60,167 bases of DNA from Rhodospirillaceae bacterium (lineage in GTDB: Bacteria > Pseudomonadota > Alphaproteobacteria > Reyranellales > JAQSWP01): assembly GCA_040255215.1 (NCBI GenBank), contig JBDZUM010000005.1, positions 1 to 60,167 of the forward strand, written 5' to 3'. Made by a program: the position numbers and the translations under genes. Below the pieces are notes generated by a model that did no database searches, was not told where the DNA came from, and was given only the letters and a program-made list of their open reading frames with translations. Positions 1-11,444 of this stretch are shown in pieces. Positions within the stretch are counted from its first letter, which is position 1; each line of letters opens with the position of its first letter.

Positions 1-200
1 GCATGCGCTGGATGGGCTTCAAGCCCGTCACCCGCGGCGTGGCCATGAACCCGATCGACCATCCGCATGGCGGCGGCGAAGGCCGCACCTCGGGCGGCCG
101 CCATCCGGTGACGCCGTGGGGCAAGCCGACCAAGGGCAAGAAGACCCGCAAGAACAAGGCGACGGACAAGATGATCATCCGCCGTCGCGCGGCCCGGTAA
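1..200 (+). CDS. rplB: 50S ribosomal protein L2, C-terminal fragment (5' end outside window)
   Basis: ORF 3..200 translation contains [34 protein letters not shown], the invariant L2 C-terminus. It is followed by rpsS in canonical S10-operon order. Confidence 0.95.
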   Translation, partial: MRWMGFKPVTRGVAMNPIDHPHGGGEGRTSGGRHPVTPWGKPTKGKKTRKNKATDKMIIRRRAAR

Positions 201-212
201 AGGAGAAGGAAC

Positions 213-491
213 GTGGCACGTTCGGTTTGGAAAGGGCCTTTCGTCGACGGCTATCTGCTGAAGAAGGCGGATGCGTCGCGGCAGTCTGGGCGCAGCGAAG
301 TGATCAAGACCTGGTCGCGTCGCTCGACGATCCTGCCGCAGTTCGTCGGTCTGACGTTCGGCGTCTACAACGGCCAGAAATTCATCCCGGTCCTGGTGAA
401 CGAGGAAATGGTGGGGCACAAGTTCGGCGAGTTCTCGCCGACCCGCACCTTCCACGGCCACTCGGGCGACAAGAAGGCAAAGAAGGCTTAA
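213..491 (+). CDS. rpsS: 30S ribosomal protein S19
   Basis: 92 aa, [18 protein letters not shown]...[12 protein letters not shown]...[13 protein letters not shown]; canonical position after rplB. Confidence 0.97.
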   Translation: MARSVWKGPFVDGYLLKKADASRQSGRSEVIKTWSRRSTILPQFVGLTFGVYNGQKFIPVLVNEEMVGHKFGEFSPTRTFHGHSGDKKAKKA

Positions 492-495
492 CGCC

Positions 496-884
496 ATGAG
501 CAAGCAGGCTAAAGCACGCCGCGAGGCGGACAACGAGGCGAAGGCGGTGCTGCGCATGCTGCGCGTCAGCCCGCGCAAGCTCAATCTGCTGGCGCAGTCG
601 ATCCGCGGCAAGGCCGCCGCGACGGCGCTCGCCGAGCTGAGTTTCTCGCCGCGCCGCATCGCGCAGGACGTCAAGAAGACGCTGCAGTCGGCCATCGCCA
701 ATGCCGAGAACAACCACCAGCTCGACGTCGACCGCCTGGTCGTTTCCGAGGCGTCGGTCGGCAAGGCGATCGTCATGAAGCGGTTCCATGCCCGCGCCCG
801 CGGCCGCGGCGCGGCGATCATCAAGCCCTTCAGCCACCTCACCATCGTGGTGCGCGAGAAGCAGGAAGAGGCGGAGGCCAAGTA

Positions 885-885
<1 letters not shown>
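496..885 (+). CDS. rplV: 50S ribosomal protein L22
   Basis: 129 aa with an L22-like sequence ([17 protein letters not shown]...); operon order. Its TAA stop overlaps the rpsC ATG (TAATG at 883-887). Confidence 0.96.
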
Positions 886-1574
<689 letters not shown>

Positions 1575-1589
1575 TAGGGCAATGAAGTC

Positions 1590-2012
1590 ATGCTGAGTCC
1601 GAAACGAACCAAGTACCGCAAGGCCCACAAGGGCCGGATTCACGGCGTCGCCAAGGGCGGCACCGCGCTGAATTTCGGCGCCTTCGGCCTCAAGGCGCTC
1701 GAGCCGGCGCGCGTCACCGCCCGCCAGATCGAAGCCGCCCGCCGCGCCATGACGCGCCACATGAAGCGCTCCGGCCGCGTCTGGATCCGCATCTTCCCGG
1801 ACGTGCCGGTCTCGACCAAGCCGCAGGAAGTGCGCATGGGTTCGGGCAAGGGCTCGCCGGAGTTCTGGGCCGCCCGCGTCAAGCCGGGCCGCATCATGTT
1901 CGAGATCGACGGCGTTTCGCTGGCCGTCGCCAAGGAAGCCTTCGATCTGGCCGCCGCCAAGCTGCCGATCAAGACCAGTTTCATTCGCCGCCTGGGCGAA
2001 GGAGAGCAGTAA
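1590..2012 (+). CDS. rplP: 50S ribosomal protein L16
   Basis: 140 aa, [19 protein letters not shown]...; its stop overlaps the rpmC ATG (TAATG). Confidence 0.97.
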   Translation: MLSPKRTKYRKAHKGRIHGVAKGGTALNFGAFGLKALEPARVTARQIEAARRAMTRHMKRSGRVWIRIFPDVPVSTKPQEVRMGSGKGSPEFWAARVKPGRIMFEIDGVSLAVAKEAFDLAAAKLPIKTSFIRRLGEGEQ

Positions 2013-2221
2013 TGAAGATCGTGGACGTTCGCGCCAAGACGGACGACGAGCTCAAGACCGAGCTGGCGAACCTGCAGAAGGAGCGCTTCAACCTGCGCTT
2101 CCAGCAGGCGTCGGGTCAGCTGCAGAACACGGCCCGCGTGCGGGCGGTGCGCCGCGACATCGCGCGCATCACGACGGTTCTTAGCGCCCGCCAGGCCGAG
2201 ACGCGGTCGAAGGCGTCGTAA
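2012..2221 (+). CDS. rpmC: 50S ribosomal protein L29
   Basis: 69 aa, helical L29-like ([32 protein letters not shown]); operon order. Confidence 0.95.
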   Translation: MKIVDVRAKTDDELKTELANLQKERFNLRFQQASGQLQNTARVRAVRRDIARITTVLSARQAETRSKAS

Positions 2222-2236
2222 GAGAGGATTTGGAAC

Positions 2237-2473
2237 ATGCCCAAGCGCATTCTTCAGGGTGTCGTCGTCAGCGACAAGATGGACAAGACCATCGTGGTCA
2301 AGGTCGAGCGTCGCGTGATGCACCCGGTCTATAAGAAATTCGTCCGTCGCTCGAAGAAGTACCACGCGCACGACGAGGCCAACCAGTTCAAGGCCGGCGA
2401 CCAGGTGCGTATCCGCGAGTGCCGGCCGCTGTCGCGAACCAAGCGCTGGGAAGTCGTCGCCGAGAGCGCCTAA
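2237..2473 (+). CDS. rpsQ: 30S ribosomal protein S17
   Basis: 78 aa, [46 protein letters not shown]. Confidence 0.97.
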   Translation: MPKRILQGVVVSDKMDKTIVVKVERRVMHPVYKKFVRRSKKYHAHDEANQFKAGDQVRIRECRPLSRTKRWEVVAESA

Positions 2474-2509
2474 GCGCCGTCGACGACAGATCCAAGGAGA
2501 GAGACTCAA

Positions 2510-2878
2510 ATGATCCAGATGCAGAGCAATCTCGAGGTCGCCGACAATTCCGGCGCCCGTCGGGTCCAGTGCATCAAGGTGCTTGGCGGCTCGAAGCGCA
2601 AGTACGCCGGCATCGGCGACGTGATCGTGGTGTCGGTCAAGGACGCGATCCCGCGCGGCCGCGTCAAGAAGGGCGACGTGCAGCGCGCGGTGATCGTGCG
2701 CACCGCCCGCGAGGTGCGGCGGGCCGACGGTTCCTCGATCCGTTTCGACCGCAACGCCGCGGTGCTGATCAACAAGCAGGGTGAGCCCATCGGCACCCGC
2801 ATTTTCGGGCCGGTGACCCGTGAACTTCGCGGCAAGAAGTTCATGAAGATCATCTCGCTGGCTCCGGAAGTGCTCTGA
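2510..2878 (+). CDS. rplN: 50S ribosomal protein L14
   Basis: 122 aa, [33 protein letters not shown]...; first gene of the spc operon. Confidence 0.98.
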   Translation: MIQMQSNLEVADNSGARRVQCIKVLGGSKRKYAGIGDVIVVSVKDAIPRGRVKKGDVQRAVIVRTAREVRRADGSSIRFDRNAAVLINKQGEPIGTRIFGPVTRELRGKKFMKIISLAPEVL

Positions 2879-2890
2879 GGAGAGATCGCG

Positions 2891-3214
2891 ATGTCGGCAA
2901 AGATGAAGATTCGCAAGGGCGACCAGGTGGTGGTGATCACCGGGCGCGACCGCGGCAAGAAGGGCGAAGTCGTTCGCGTCCTGCCGAGCGAGAACCGCGT
3001 GGTCGTCCAGGGCGTCAACATGATCAAGCGCCACACCCGCGCCAGCCGCACGGAAGCCGGCGGCATCGTGGAGCGCGAGGCGCCGATCCATGCGTCCAAC
3101 GTGGCCCATGTCGACCCGAAGTCGGGCGACGCCACGAAGGTCGGGTTCAAGTTTCTCGATGACGGTCGGAAGGTGCGCTTCGCGCGCGGTTCCGGCGAGA
3201 TCATCGACCGCTAG
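2891..3214 (+). CDS. rplX: 50S ribosomal protein L24
   Basis: 107 aa with a KOW motif ([21 protein letters not shown]); operon order. Confidence 0.96.
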   Translation: MSAKMKIRKGDQVVVITGRDRGKKGEVVRVLPSENRVVVQGVNMIKRHTRASRTEAGGIVEREAPIHASNVAHVDPKSGDATKVGFKFLDDGRKVRFARGSGEIIDR

Positions 3215-3225
3215 GGAGCTGAGCG

Positions 3226-3765
3226 ATGACTCGCTTGCAGGAAGTCTACCAGAACACCGTGCGCTCGGCGCTGCAGAAGGAGTTCAACTACGAGAACTCG
3301 ATGCAGGTGCCGCGCCTGGACAAGATCGTCATCAACATGGGCGTCGGCGAGGCCGTCAACGACCGCAAGAAGGTCGATGCGGCGGTGGCCGATCTGACGC
3401 TGATCGCCGGCCAGAAGCCGGTGGTGACGCGCTCGAAGAAGTCGATCGCGGTGTTCAAGCTGCGCGAAGGCATGGCGATCGGCTGCAAGGTCACGCTGCG
3501 CCGCGACCGCATGTACGAGTTCCTCGACCGGCTGGTCACCATCGCGCTGCCGCGCGTGCGCGACTTCCGCGGGCTCAACGGCAAGTCGTTCGACGGCAAC
3601 GGCAACTATGCCCTGGGTCTCAAGGAGCAGCTGGTGTTCCCGGAGATCAACTACGACAAGATCGATGAGGTCCGCGGCATGGACATCATCATTTGCACGA
3701 CGGCCAAGACCGATGCGGAAGCCAAGGCTCTGCTGCGCGGTTTTGCGTTCCCGTTCATCAATTAA
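3226..3765 (+). CDS. rplE: 50S ribosomal protein L5
   Basis: 179 aa, [43 protein letters not shown]. Confidence 0.97.
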   Translation: MTRLQEVYQNTVRSALQKEFNYENSMQVPRLDKIVINMGVGEAVNDRKKVDAAVADLTLIAGQKPVVTRSKKSIAVFKLREGMAIGCKVTLRRDRMYEFLDRLVTIALPRVRDFRGLNGKSFDGNGNYALGLKEQLVFPEINYDKIDEVRGMDIIICTTAKTDAEAKALLRGFAFPFIN

Positions 3766-3781
3766 GGCGGAGAGCAGTTCC

Positions 3782-4087
3782 ATGGCCAAGACCAGTTCGG
3801 TCGAAAAGAACAAGCGCCGGGCCAAGATGGCGAAGCAGTACGACGCCAAGCGTCGGGCTCTGAAGGCGGTTGCCAAGGATCGTTCGAAGCCGATCGAAGA
3901 GCGGTTCACGGCGCAGCTCAAGCTCGCCGAGTTGCCGCGCAACGCGTCGAAGACGCGCATTCGCAACCGCTGCGAGCTGACGGGGCGGTCGCGCGGCGTG
4001 TATCGCAAGATGAAACTGTCGCGCATCGCACTGCGCGAGCTGGCCTCCGCCGGACATCTGCCCGGCGTCGTGAAGTCCAGCTGGTAA
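3782..4087 (+). CDS. rpsN: 30S ribosomal protein S14 (long, non-zinc type)
   Basis: Internal ATG at 3782 of ORF 3608..4087 gives 101 aa, [24 protein letters not shown]...[41 protein letters not shown]. The upstream part of the ORF overlaps rplE. Confidence 0.95.
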   Translation: MAKTSSVEKNKRRAKMAKQYDAKRRALKAVAKDRSKPIEERFTAQLKLAELPRNASKTRIRNRCELTGRSRGVYRKMKLSRIALRELASAGHLPGVVKSSW

Positions 4088-4103
4088 GCGAGGAGCCGGG
4101 AAA

Positions 4104-4502
4104 ATGGCGTTTAGCGATCCTTTGGGCGATATGCTCACCCGCATCCGCAACGGGCAGATGGCGGGGCTCGACACGATTTCGATGCCGGCCTCGCGGCTGC
4201 GCACCAACGTGCTCGACGTCCTGCAGCGCGAGGGCTACATCCGCGGCTACTTCGAGGAAGAGCTGCGGGTCGGCATCCGCGAGCTGCGGGTCGAGCTGAA
4301 GTACGACAACGGCCGGCCGGTGATCAAGGAGATCAACCGCGTGTCGCGTCCGGGCCGGCGCATCTACGCCAAGATCGCCGATCTGCCGCGCGTCTACAAC
4401 GGCCTGGGCATTTCGATCCTTTCGACGCCGCGTGGCGTGCTCTCCGATACGGAAGCCCGCACCGCCAATGTCGGCGGCGAAGTTCTCTGCAAGGTGTTCT
4501 GA
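4104..4502 (+). CDS. rpsH: 30S ribosomal protein S8
   Basis: 132 aa, [17 protein letters not shown]...[31 protein letters not shown]. Confidence 0.97.
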   Translation: MAFSDPLGDMLTRIRNGQMAGLDTISMPASRLRTNVLDVLQREGYIRGYFEEELRVGIRELRVELKYDNGRPVIKEINRVSRPGRRIYAKIADLPRVYNGLGISILSTPRGVLSDTEARTANVGGEVLCKVF

Positions 4503-4504
4503 CC

Positions 4505-5038
4505 ATGTCGCGCGTAGGCAAATATCCGGTCGCCGTTCCGGGCGGCGTCAACGTCGAGATCGTCGGCCAGACGATCAAGGCGAAGGGCAAGAAGGGCGAA
4601 CAGAGCCTGACCATTCCGGAGGACGTCGAGATCAAGCGGGACGGCGATAAGATCGCCGTCAGCCCGCGCAGCACGACCAAGAAGGCGCGCGCCCTGTGGG
4701 GCACGTCGCGCGCGAACCTGCGCAACCTGATGGTCGGCGTCTCCGACGGCTTCACCGTCAATCTCGAAATCAACGGCGTCGGCTATCGCGCCGCCGCCGA
4801 CGCCAAGATGCTCAAGCTGCAGCTCGGCTACAGCCACGACATCGAATACCCGATCCCGGCGGGCATCACGATCAAGACGGCGAAGCCGACCGAGATCGAG
4901 ATCGCCGGTTTCAACAAGCAGCAGGTCGGCCAGGTTGCGGCGGAGATCCGCTCGATGCGCGGCCCCGAGCCCTACAAGGGCAAGGGGATCAAGTACGCGG
5001 GCGAGAAGATCCTGCGCAAAGAAGGCAAGAAGAAGTAA
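4505..5038 (+). CDS. rplF: 50S ribosomal protein L6
   Basis: 177 aa, [19 protein letters not shown]...[14 protein letters not shown]...[13 protein letters not shown]. Confidence 0.97.
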   Translation: MSRVGKYPVAVPGGVNVEIVGQTIKAKGKKGEQSLTIPEDVEIKRDGDKIAVSPRSTTKKARALWGTSRANLRNLMVGVSDGFTVNLEINGVGYRAAADAKMLKLQLGYSHDIEYPIPAGITIKTAKPTEIEIAGFNKQQVGQVAAEIRSMRGPEPYKGKGIKYAGEKILRKEGKKK

Positions 5039-5058
5039 GAGGACGGAAGGAGCCAGTC

Positions 5059-5421
5059 ATGGCCACGGCCAAAGATCTATTCGCCCGCCGCCGGCGCCGC
5101 ACGCGCGCCGACATCGCCCGCAAGTCGGGTGGCCGGCTGCGCCTGAGCGTGTTCCGCTCGAGCAAGCATATCTATGCGCAGGTGATCGACGATACCGCCG
5201 GCCGCACGGTGGCGTCGGCGTCGAGCATGGACGAGAGCCTGCGTTCGTCGCTGAAGACCGGCGCCGACACCCAGGCGGCCGCAGCGGTAGGCAAGTTGCT
5301 GGCCGAGCGTGCGGTCGCGGCTGGCGTGAAGGACGTCGTGTTCGATCGCGGCGGCTACATCTACCACGGTCGGGTCAAGGCCCTGGCCGACGCCGCCCGC
5401 GAGGGCGGCCTCACGTTCTGA
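5059..5421 (+). CDS. rplR: 50S ribosomal protein L18
   Basis: ATG 5059 inside ORF 4696..5421 gives 120 aa, ...[29 protein letters not shown]...[28 protein letters not shown]. Confidence 0.96.
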   Translation: MATAKDLFARRRRRTRADIARKSGGRLRLSVFRSSKHIYAQVIDDTAGRTVASASSMDESLRSSLKTGADTQAAAAVGKLLAERAVAAGVKDVVFDRGGYIYHGRVKALADAAREGGLTF

Positions 5422-5437
5422 TTGGAGTTTGAAGCAG

Positions 5438-6034
5438 ATGGCAAGGTCACCCCAGAGTTCCAGGTCGCCCCAGGGCGGCCGCGGCGGCCCCCGCGAACGC
5501 GATCGCGGCGTCGACCGGGAGGAGAGCGAACTCGTTGACAAGCTGGTCGGCATCAACCGCGTCGCCAAGGTGGTGAAGGGCGGCCGGCGGTTCGGTTTCG
5601 CCGCCATCGTCGTCGTCGGCGACCAGCGCGGCCGCGTCGGCTATGGCGCCGGCAAGGCGCGTGAGGTGCCGGAGGCGATCCGCAAGGCGACCGAGGCGGC
5701 CAAGCGCAAGCTGGTCCGCGTGCCGCTGCGCGAGGGCCGGACGCTGCACCATGACGTTGCCGGCCATTTCGGCGCCGGCCATGTCGTGCTGCGCACGGCG
5801 CCGGCCGGTACCGGCATCATCGCCGGCGGTCCGATGCGCGCCATCTTCGAGACGCTGGGCGTGCAGGACATCGTCGCCAAGTCGACAGGCACGTCCAATC
5901 CGCACAACATGATCAAGGCGACCTTCGATGCGCTGGGCAAGCTCAACTCGCCGCGCATGGTCGCTTCCCGCCGCGGCAAGAAGGTGGGCGATCTGATCGG
6001 CCGGCGCGACGAAGGCGCCGAGGCGCGCGAGTAG
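5438..6034 (+). CDS. rpsE: 30S ribosomal protein S5
   Basis: ORF 5429..6034. ATG 5438 is preferred: GGAG at 5424-5427 is too close to the TTG at 5429. S5 core [24 protein letters not shown]...[15 protein letters not shown]. Confidence 0.96.
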   Translation: MARSPQSSRSPQGGRGGPRERDRGVDREESELVDKLVGINRVAKVVKGGRRFGFAAIVVVGDQRGRVGYGAGKAREVPEAIRKATEAAKRKLVRVPLREGRTLHHDVAGHFGAGHVVLRTAPAGTGIIAGGPMRAIFETLGVQDIVAKSTGTSNPHNMIKATFDALGKLNSPRMVASRRGKKVGDLIGRRDEGAEARE

Positions 6035-6045
6035 GGAGCACCGTC

Positions 6046-6246
6046 ATGGCCGGCAAGAAGGACAAGAAGACCGTAACGGTGACCCAGGTCGGCAGCCCGA
6101 TCGGGCGTACCGACGACCAGCTGGCGACGCTGATCGGCCTGGGGCTGAACAAGCGCCATCGCACGCGCGTTCTCGAGGACACGCCGGCGGTGCGCGGAAT
6201 GATCAACAAGATCAAGCATCTGGTGCGCGTCGAGGAAACCGCCTGA
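6046..6246 (+). CDS. rpmD: 50S ribosomal protein L30
   Basis: 66 aa, [54 protein letters not shown]. Confidence 0.95.
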   Translation: MAGKKDKKTVTVTQVGSPIGRTDDQLATLIGLGLNKRHRTRVLEDTPAVRGMINKIKHLVRVEETA

Positions 6247-6283
6247 GGCGGTATCGCGCGAGGATTTGGAAGGACACGACGTC

Positions 6284-6751
6284 ATGCGTTTGAACCAGCT
6301 TTCCGACAACGAGGGTGCCCGCAAGGCCCGCATGCGCGTCGGCCGCGGCATCGGCTCCGGCAAGGGCAAGACGTCGGGCCGTGGCGTGAAGGGCCAGAAG
6401 GCCCGCACCGGCGTGTCGATCAAGGGCTTCGAAGGCGGCCAGATGCCGCTGCATCGGCGTCTGCCGAAGCGCGGCTTCACGAGCATCAATCGCCCCGACT
6501 TCGTAGAGCTCAATCTCGGTCGGCTGCAGGCGGCGATCGATGCCGGCAAGCTCGATGCCAAGGCGACGATCGACGGTGCCGCGCTGCAGGCCGCCGGCGT
6601 CATTCGCCGTCCGCGCGACGGCGTGCGCCTGCTGGCCAAGGGCGAGATCAAGACGGCGGTGACCATCAGCGTTGCGGGGGCCTCGGCCGCCGCCGTCGCT
6701 GCGGTCGAGAAGGCCGGCGGCAAGGTGGTGTTGCCCGCCGCCGCCGAGTAA
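6284..6751 (+). CDS. rplO: 50S ribosomal protein L15
   Basis: ORF 6266..6751. ATG 6284 ([34 protein letters not shown]) follows a GGAAGGA Shine-Dalgarno at 6268-6274. Confidence 0.95.
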   Translation: MRLNQLSDNEGARKARMRVGRGIGSGKGKTSGRGVKGQKARTGVSIKGFEGGQMPLHRRLPKRGFTSINRPDFVELNLGRLQAAIDAGKLDAKATIDGAALQAAGVIRRPRDGVRLLAKGEIKTAVTISVAGASAAAVAAVEKAGGKVVLPAAAE

Positions 6752-6809
6752 CTGCAACCCGCGTTCGCGCGCCGGCCGCAAGGCCGTCGGCATGAGTAGG
6801 GGATAGCGA

Positions 6810-8150
6810 ATGGCTTCGGCTGCCGAACAGCTTGCTGCGAATCTGAGCTTTTCCAGCTTCAGGAGCGCGACCGATCTCAAGAAGCGCCTGTGGTTCACCC
6901 TGGGCGCTTTGATCGTTTATCGCATCGGAAGCTACATTCCGGTTCCCGGGATCGATCCGGTGGCGCTGGCGCAGGTGTTCCAGTCCACCGCCGGCGGCAT
7001 CTTGGGCATGGTGGATGTGTTCTCCGGCGGCGCGCTCGGTCGCATGACCATCTTCGCCCTCAACATCATGCCGTACATCTCGGCATCGATCATCGTGCAG
7101 ATTCTGACGACGGTGCTGCCGAGCTGGGAAGCGCTGAAGAAGGAAGGCGAGGCAGGGCGCAAGAAGATCAACCAGTATACGCGCTACGGCACCGTGGCGC
7201 TGGCGATGCTGCAGGCCTACGGCATCGCGATCGGTCTCGAGGGAGCAACCGGAGGCGGCGGCAGCGTCGTCGTCGATCCCGGCCTCTACTTCCGATTCGT
7301 CACCGTCGTCACCCTGGTCGGCGGCACGATGTTCCTGATGTGGCTAGGCGAGCAGATCACCGCCCGCGGCGTCGGCAACGGCATCTCGCTGATCATCTTC
7401 GCCGGCATCGTCTCGGCGCTGCCGGGCGCCCTGGTGCAGATCCTCGAATTGGGCCGCACCGGCGCCATGTCGGCCGCCTTCATCATCCTGCTGCTGATCG
7501 GAATGGTCGCCGTCGTCGCTTTCGCGGTGTTCATGGAGATGGCGCAGCGGCGCATCCTGGTGCAGTACCCCAAGCGCCAGCAGGGCAACAAGATCTATGG
7601 CGGCGAGAGCACGCATCTGCCGCTGAAGATCAATACCGCCGGCGTCATTCCGCCGATCTTCGCCTCCTCGCTGCTGCTGGCGCCGGCCACGGTCGCCGGT
7701 TTCGGCGCGGCGCAGGGCAGCGAATGGATGATCTGGCTGACCAACAATCTGGGTCACGGCCGTCCGGCCTACATGCTGCTCTATATCGGCCTGATCGTTT
7801 TCTTCTGCTTCTTCTACACCGCGGTCATGTTCAACCCGACCGAGACGGCGGAGAATCTGAAGAAGTACGGCGGCTTCGTGCCGGGCATCCGGCCGGGCAA
7901 GAACACGGCCGACTATCTCGACTACGTGCTGACCCGCATCACCGTGGTGGGATCGCTCTATCTTGCGGGCATCTGCGCCCTGCCGGAGCTGTTGATCAGC
8001 CAGGCTGCGATTCCGTTCTATTTCGGCGGCACCAGTCTGCTGATTATTGTGACGGTGACGCTCGACACGGTATCGCAGGTGCAGTCGCATCTTCTGGCGC
8101 ATCAGTATGAAGGCCTGATCAAACGGGCACGACTGAAGGGACGGCGATGA
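6810..8150 (+). CDS. secY: preprotein translocase subunit SecY
   Basis: 446 aa polytopic membrane protein with the SecY signature ([27 protein letters not shown]...[13 protein letters not shown]). Its stop overlaps the adk start (ATGA). Confidence 0.97.
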   Translation: MASAAEQLAANLSFSSFRSATDLKKRLWFTLGALIVYRIGSYIPVPGIDPVALAQVFQSTAGGILGMVDVFSGGALGRMTIFALNIMPYISASIIVQILTTVLPSWEALKKEGEAGRKKINQYTRYGTVALAMLQAYGIAIGLEGATGGGGSVVVDPGLYFRFVTVVTLVGGTMFLMWLGEQITARGVGNGISLIIFAGIVSALPGALVQILELGRTGAMSAAFIILLLIGMVAVVAFAVFMEMAQRRILVQYPKRQQGNKIYGGESTHLPLKINTAGVIPPIFASSLLLAPATVAGFGAAQGSEWMIWLTNNLGHGRPAYMLLYIGLIVFFCFFYTAVMFNPTETAENLKKYGGFVPGIRPGKNTADYLDYVLTRITVVGSLYLAGICALPELLISQAAIPFYFGGTSLLIIVTVTLDTVSQVQSHLLAHQYEGLIKRARLKGRR

Positions 8151-8797
8151 ACTTGATTCTGTTGGGCCCGCCGGGGGCGGGCAAGGGGACGCAGGCGCAG
8201 CGGTTGCAGGACGAGCTTGGGCTGAAGCAGCTCTCGACCGGCGACATGCTGCGGGCCGAGGTCAAGTCGGGTTCCGAGCTCGGCAAGCGCGCTGCCGGGA
8301 TCATGGAGCGCGGCGAGCTGGTTCCGGACGATCTGATCATCAGCATGATCGAGAGCCGCATCGCCCAGCCGGACTGCGCCAACGGTTTCATCCTGGACGG
8401 CTTCCCGCGCACCACGGCCCAGGCCGAGGCGCTCGACCGCATGCTGACGGCGCGTGGGCTGAAGCTCGACCATGTGATCGAGATGACGGTAGACGAGGCG
8501 GCCCTGGTTGCCCGCATCACCGGCCGCTTCTCTTGCGCCAAGTGCGGCGCTGGGTATCATGATACCTTCAAGCCAACCAAGAAGCCCGGCGTCTGCGACG
8601 TCTGCGGATCGACCGAGTTCACCCGGCGCAAGGACGACAACGCCGAAACCGTGACCGCCCGGTTGCGGGCCTACCACGACCAGACCGCCCCTCTGCTGCC
8701 GTACTACAAGGCGCGGGGCGTGCTGAAGACGGTCGATGGCATGGCCGCGATGGATGAAGTGTTCCGCCAGATCAAAGGGGTTCTGGCGGGAAAATAG
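8147..8797 (+). CDS. adk: adenylate kinase (Cys4 zinc-type lid)
   Basis: 216 aa, P-loop [13 protein letters not shown]. The lid has CAKCG...x16...CDVCG (8534-8605). Confidence 0.96.
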   Translation: MNLILLGPPGAGKGTQAQRLQDELGLKQLSTGDMLRAEVKSGSELGKRAAGIMERGELVPDDLIISMIESRIAQPDCANGFILDGFPRTTAQAEALDRMLTARGLKLDHVIEMTVDEAALVARITGRFSCAKCGAGYHDTFKPTKKPGVCDVCGSTEFTRRKDDNAETVTARLRAYHDQTAPLLPYYKARGVLKTVDGMAAMDEVFRQIKGVLAGK

Positions 8798-8813
8798 CGC
8801 TTGACAATGCGAG

Positions 8814-8841
8814 TTGACTTGATCGAACGAGGCCCTATAAT
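8814..8841 (+). promoter_or_regulatory. sigma70-type promoter of the alpha (rpsM) operon
   Basis: TTGACT (8814-8819), a 16-nt spacer, then TATAAT (8836-8841). A second TTGACA lies at 8801-8806. A GC-rich leader hairpin (about 8862-8892, GCGGGGTC...GACCCCCGC) follows before the rpsM start at 8919. Confidence 0.6.
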
Positions 8842-8918
8842 CGCGCGCTTTCGCACGCGCCGCGGGGTCGGAAACCGGGTGGGGACCCCCGCTCTAAGAC
8901 GTTGAAGGAGTTAGGAAA

Positions 8919-9293
8919 TTGGCCCGTATAGCTGGCGTCAACATCCCCACGAACAAGCGTGTGGAAATCGCCCTGCAGTATATCCACGGCATCGGTCCGG
9001 CCAAGGCGCGTGAGATCTGCGGCAAGGTCGGCATCGAACTGGCCCGCCGCGTCAACACGCTGTCGGACGACGAGGTGCTGCGCATCCGCGAGACCATCGA
9101 CCGCGACTATCGCGTCGAGGGCGACCTGCGCCGCGAAGTGGCGATGAACATCAAGCGCCTGATGGACCTGGGCTGCTATCGCGGCCTGCGCCATCGCCGT
9201 GGCCTGCCGGTCCATGGCCAGCGCACCCACACCAATGCCCGCACCCGCAAGGGTCCGGCCAAGCCGATCGCCGGCAAGAAGAAAACGTCGTAA
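8919..9293 (+). CDS. rpsM: 30S ribosomal protein S13
   Basis: 124 aa, TTG start after a GAAGGAG Shine-Dalgarno; [32 protein letters not shown]. Confidence 0.96.
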   Translation: MARIAGVNIPTNKRVEIALQYIHGIGPAKAREICGKVGIELARRVNTLSDDEVLRIRETIDRDYRVEGDLRREVAMNIKRLMDLGCYRGLRHRRGLPVHGQRTHTNARTRKGPAKPIAGKKKTS

Positions 9294-9308
9294 TCCGGAG
9301 TATCGACT

Positions 9309-9722
9309 ATGGCAAAAGCCGCGACTACAGCTGGCACGACAGGCGCTCCGCGCACCCGTCGCCGCGAACGCAAGAACATCACGTCGGGCGTGGCGCACGT
9401 CGTCGCCTCGTTCAACAACACGATGGTGACGATCACCGACGTGCAGGGCAATACGATCTCCTGGTCGTCGTCGGGCTCGAACGGCTTCAAGGGCTCGCGC
9501 AAATCGACGCCGTTCGCCGCGCAGATGGCCGCCGAAGCCGCCGGCCGCAAGGCGATGGAGCACGGCATGCGGACGCTGGAAATCGAGGTCAAGGGACCCG
9601 GCACCGGCCGCGAGTCGGCGCTGCGCGCCCTGCAGTCGATCGGTCTGGCGGTCACCGCGATCCGCGACGTGACGGCGATCCCGCACAACGGTTGCCGTCC
9701 GCCCAAGCGCCGGCGCGTCTGA
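9309..9722 (+). CDS. rpsK: 30S ribosomal protein S11
   Basis: 137 aa, [30 protein letters not shown]...[20 protein letters not shown]. Confidence 0.97.
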   Translation: MAKAATTAGTTGAPRTRRRERKNITSGVAHVVASFNNTMVTITDVQGNTISWSSSGSNGFKGSRKSTPFAAQMAAEAAGRKAMEHGMRTLEIEVKGPGTGRESALRALQSIGLAVTAIRDVTAIPHNGCRPPKRRRV

Positions 9723-9859
9723 GTTTTTCGCGCGGCCGTTGCGGCGGCCGCATCGTCGGGCGAACCGCTGCTGCCGCAGCCGTTCGCTTCGGCCGTTTGT
9801 AGGAATCGGTTCGGATTTCGTATCGACGGTTACCACCGTTTCAAATGAGGTTGGCACCC

Positions 9860-10876
9860 GTGCTTCAGAAGAATTGGCAAGACCTGATCAAGCCCAGCAA
9901 GCTGCAGACCGAGGCCGGCGCCGATCCCGCGCGCGTCGCGGTCATCGTCGCCGAGCCGCTCGAGCGCGGATTCGGCCTGACGCTCGGCAACGCGCTGCGC
10001 CGTATCCTGATGTCCTCGCTGCAGGGCGCGGCCGTGACGTCGATCAAGATCGACGGCGTGCTGCATGAGTTCTCCTCGATTCCCGGCGTGCGCGAGGACG
10101 TCACCGACCTGGTGCTCAACGTCAAGTCGATCGCCGTGCGCTACCAGGGCGACCGCCCGCAGCGTCTGGTGCTGCGCACCAACGGCCCGGGCGAAGTCAC
10201 CGCCGGCATGATCGAGACGCCGAACGACGTCCAGATCATGAACCCGGATCTGGTGCTGTGCACGCTCGACGACGGCGCCTCGCTCAACATCGAGATGACC
10301 GTGTCGACCGGCAAGGGCTACGTGCCGGCGTCGGAGAACCGGCCCGAGGACGCGCCGATCGGCCTGGTGCCGGTCGATGCGCTGTACAGCCCGGTGCGCA
10401 AGGTCTCCTACAAGGTCGACAACAGCCGCGTCGGCCAGAAGACCGACTACGACAAGCTGTCGCTGCAGCTCGAGACTAACGGCACCGTGTCGCCGGAAGA
10501 CGCCGTGGCGCTCGCCGCGCGCATCCTGCAGGACCAGCTGCAGCTCTTTATCAATTTCGAGGAGCCGCAGCAGCACGTCGCCGCCGAGCAGAAGGACGAC
10601 TTCCCGTTCAACCGCAACCTGCTGCGCAAGGTCGACGAGCTCGAGCTGTCGGTGCGCTCGGCCAACTGCCTGAAGAACGACAACATCATCTACATCGGCG
10701 ATCTGGTGCAGAAGACCGAGGCGGAGATGCTGCGTACGCCGAACTTCGGCCGCAAGTCGCTGAACGAGATCAAGGAAGTGCTGGCGCAGATGGGCCTGCA
10801 CCTGGGAATGGAGATTCCCGCCTGGCCGCCCGAGAACATCGAGGAACTGGCCAAGCGACTGGAAGAGCCGTACTGA
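9860..10876 (+). CDS. rpoA: DNA-directed RNA polymerase subunit alpha
   Basis: ORF 9845..10876. GTG 9860 ([15 protein letters not shown]) has GAGG 9 nt upstream and gives the usual N-terminus; ATG 9845 has no Shine-Dalgarno. The C-terminal domain motif [13 protein letters not shown] is present. Confidence 0.96.
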   Translation: MLQKNWQDLIKPSKLQTEAGADPARVAVIVAEPLERGFGLTLGNALRRILMSSLQGAAVTSIKIDGVLHEFSSIPGVREDVTDLVLNVKSIAVRYQGDRPQRLVLRTNGPGEVTAGMIETPNDVQIMNPDLVLCTLDDGASLNIEMTVSTGKGYVPASENRPEDAPIGLVPVDALYSPVRKVSYKVDNSRVGQKTDYDKLSLQLETNGTVSPEDAVALAARILQDQLQLFINFEEPQQHVAAEQKDDFPFNRNLLRKVDELELSVRSANCLKNDNIIYIGDLVQKTEAEMLRTPNFGRKSLNEIKEVLAQMGLHLGMEIPAWPPENIEELAKRLEEPY

Positions 10877-10913
10877 GCCGCGCCGCCGGCAGAAGGGGAC
10901 ATGGAGAGAGACA

Positions 10914-11339
10914 ATGCGACACGGTATGAACGGGCGTAAGCTCAACCGCACGTCGAGCCACCGCCGGGCGCTGTTCGCGAACATGGCCGCGGCTCTGATC
11001 AAGCACGAGCAGATCGAGACCACGCTGCCCAAGGCCAAGGACCTGCGCCCGATCGTCGAGCGGCTGGTGACGCTGGGCAAGCGCGGCGGCCTGCACGCCC
11101 GTCGCCAGGTGCTGGCGTATCTGGGCGATCGCGCCCAGACCGAGAAGCTGTTCGCCACGCTGGCGCCGCGCTACGCCGAGCGCAAGGGCGGCTACCTGCG
11201 GGTGCTGAAGAGCGGCCATCGCTATGGCGATGCCGCGCCGATGGCGATCATCGAATTCGTCGAGCGCGACGTCGAGGCCAAGGGCAAGGATTCCGGCCCG
11301 GTCCAGACGAACGAGGAGGCCGAGGCGACCGCCGCCTGA
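10914..11339 (+). CDS. rplQ: 50S ribosomal protein L17
   Basis: 141 aa, [46 protein letters not shown]. Confidence 0.97.
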   Translation: MRHGMNGRKLNRTSSHRRALFANMAAALIKHEQIETTLPKAKDLRPIVERLVTLGKRGGLHARRQVLAYLGDRAQTEKLFATLAPRYAERKGGYLRVLKSGHRYGDAAPMAIIEFVERDVEAKGKDSGPVQTNEEAEATAA

Positions 11340-11364
11340 TCGCCTTCCGATCCGGGAAATTTGC

Positions 11365-11396
11365 AGAGGCAGCCCCAGCGGCTGCCTCTTGCTTTT
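11365..11396 (+). terminator. Rho-independent terminator of the alpha operon
   Basis: AGAGGCAGCC (11365-11374), loop CCAGC, GGCTGCCTCT (11380-11389), then TGCTTTTCC. It lies 26 nt after the rplQ stop. Confidence 0.8.
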
Positions 11397-11444
11397 CCGG
11401 CCCCGTCGATCGGTCTAGAGTCTTCGCGCAGTCTGGAGTTCGCC

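Noticed and set aside
1640-3109. Long antisense or out-of-frame ORFs throughout the window. Examples: 1640..3109(-) 489 aa, 11415..13619(-) 734 aa, 21257..23401(-) 714 aa, 24378..26393(-) 671 aa, 47044..50226(-) 1060 aa, 55206..57767(+) 853 aa, 58668..60047(-) 459 aa.
   Set aside because: All lie opposite or out of frame with strongly recognisable conserved genes. Their translations are Arg/Ala/Gly/Pro-rich low-complexity sequence typical of shadow ORFs in high-GC DNA, where stop codons are rare in every frame.
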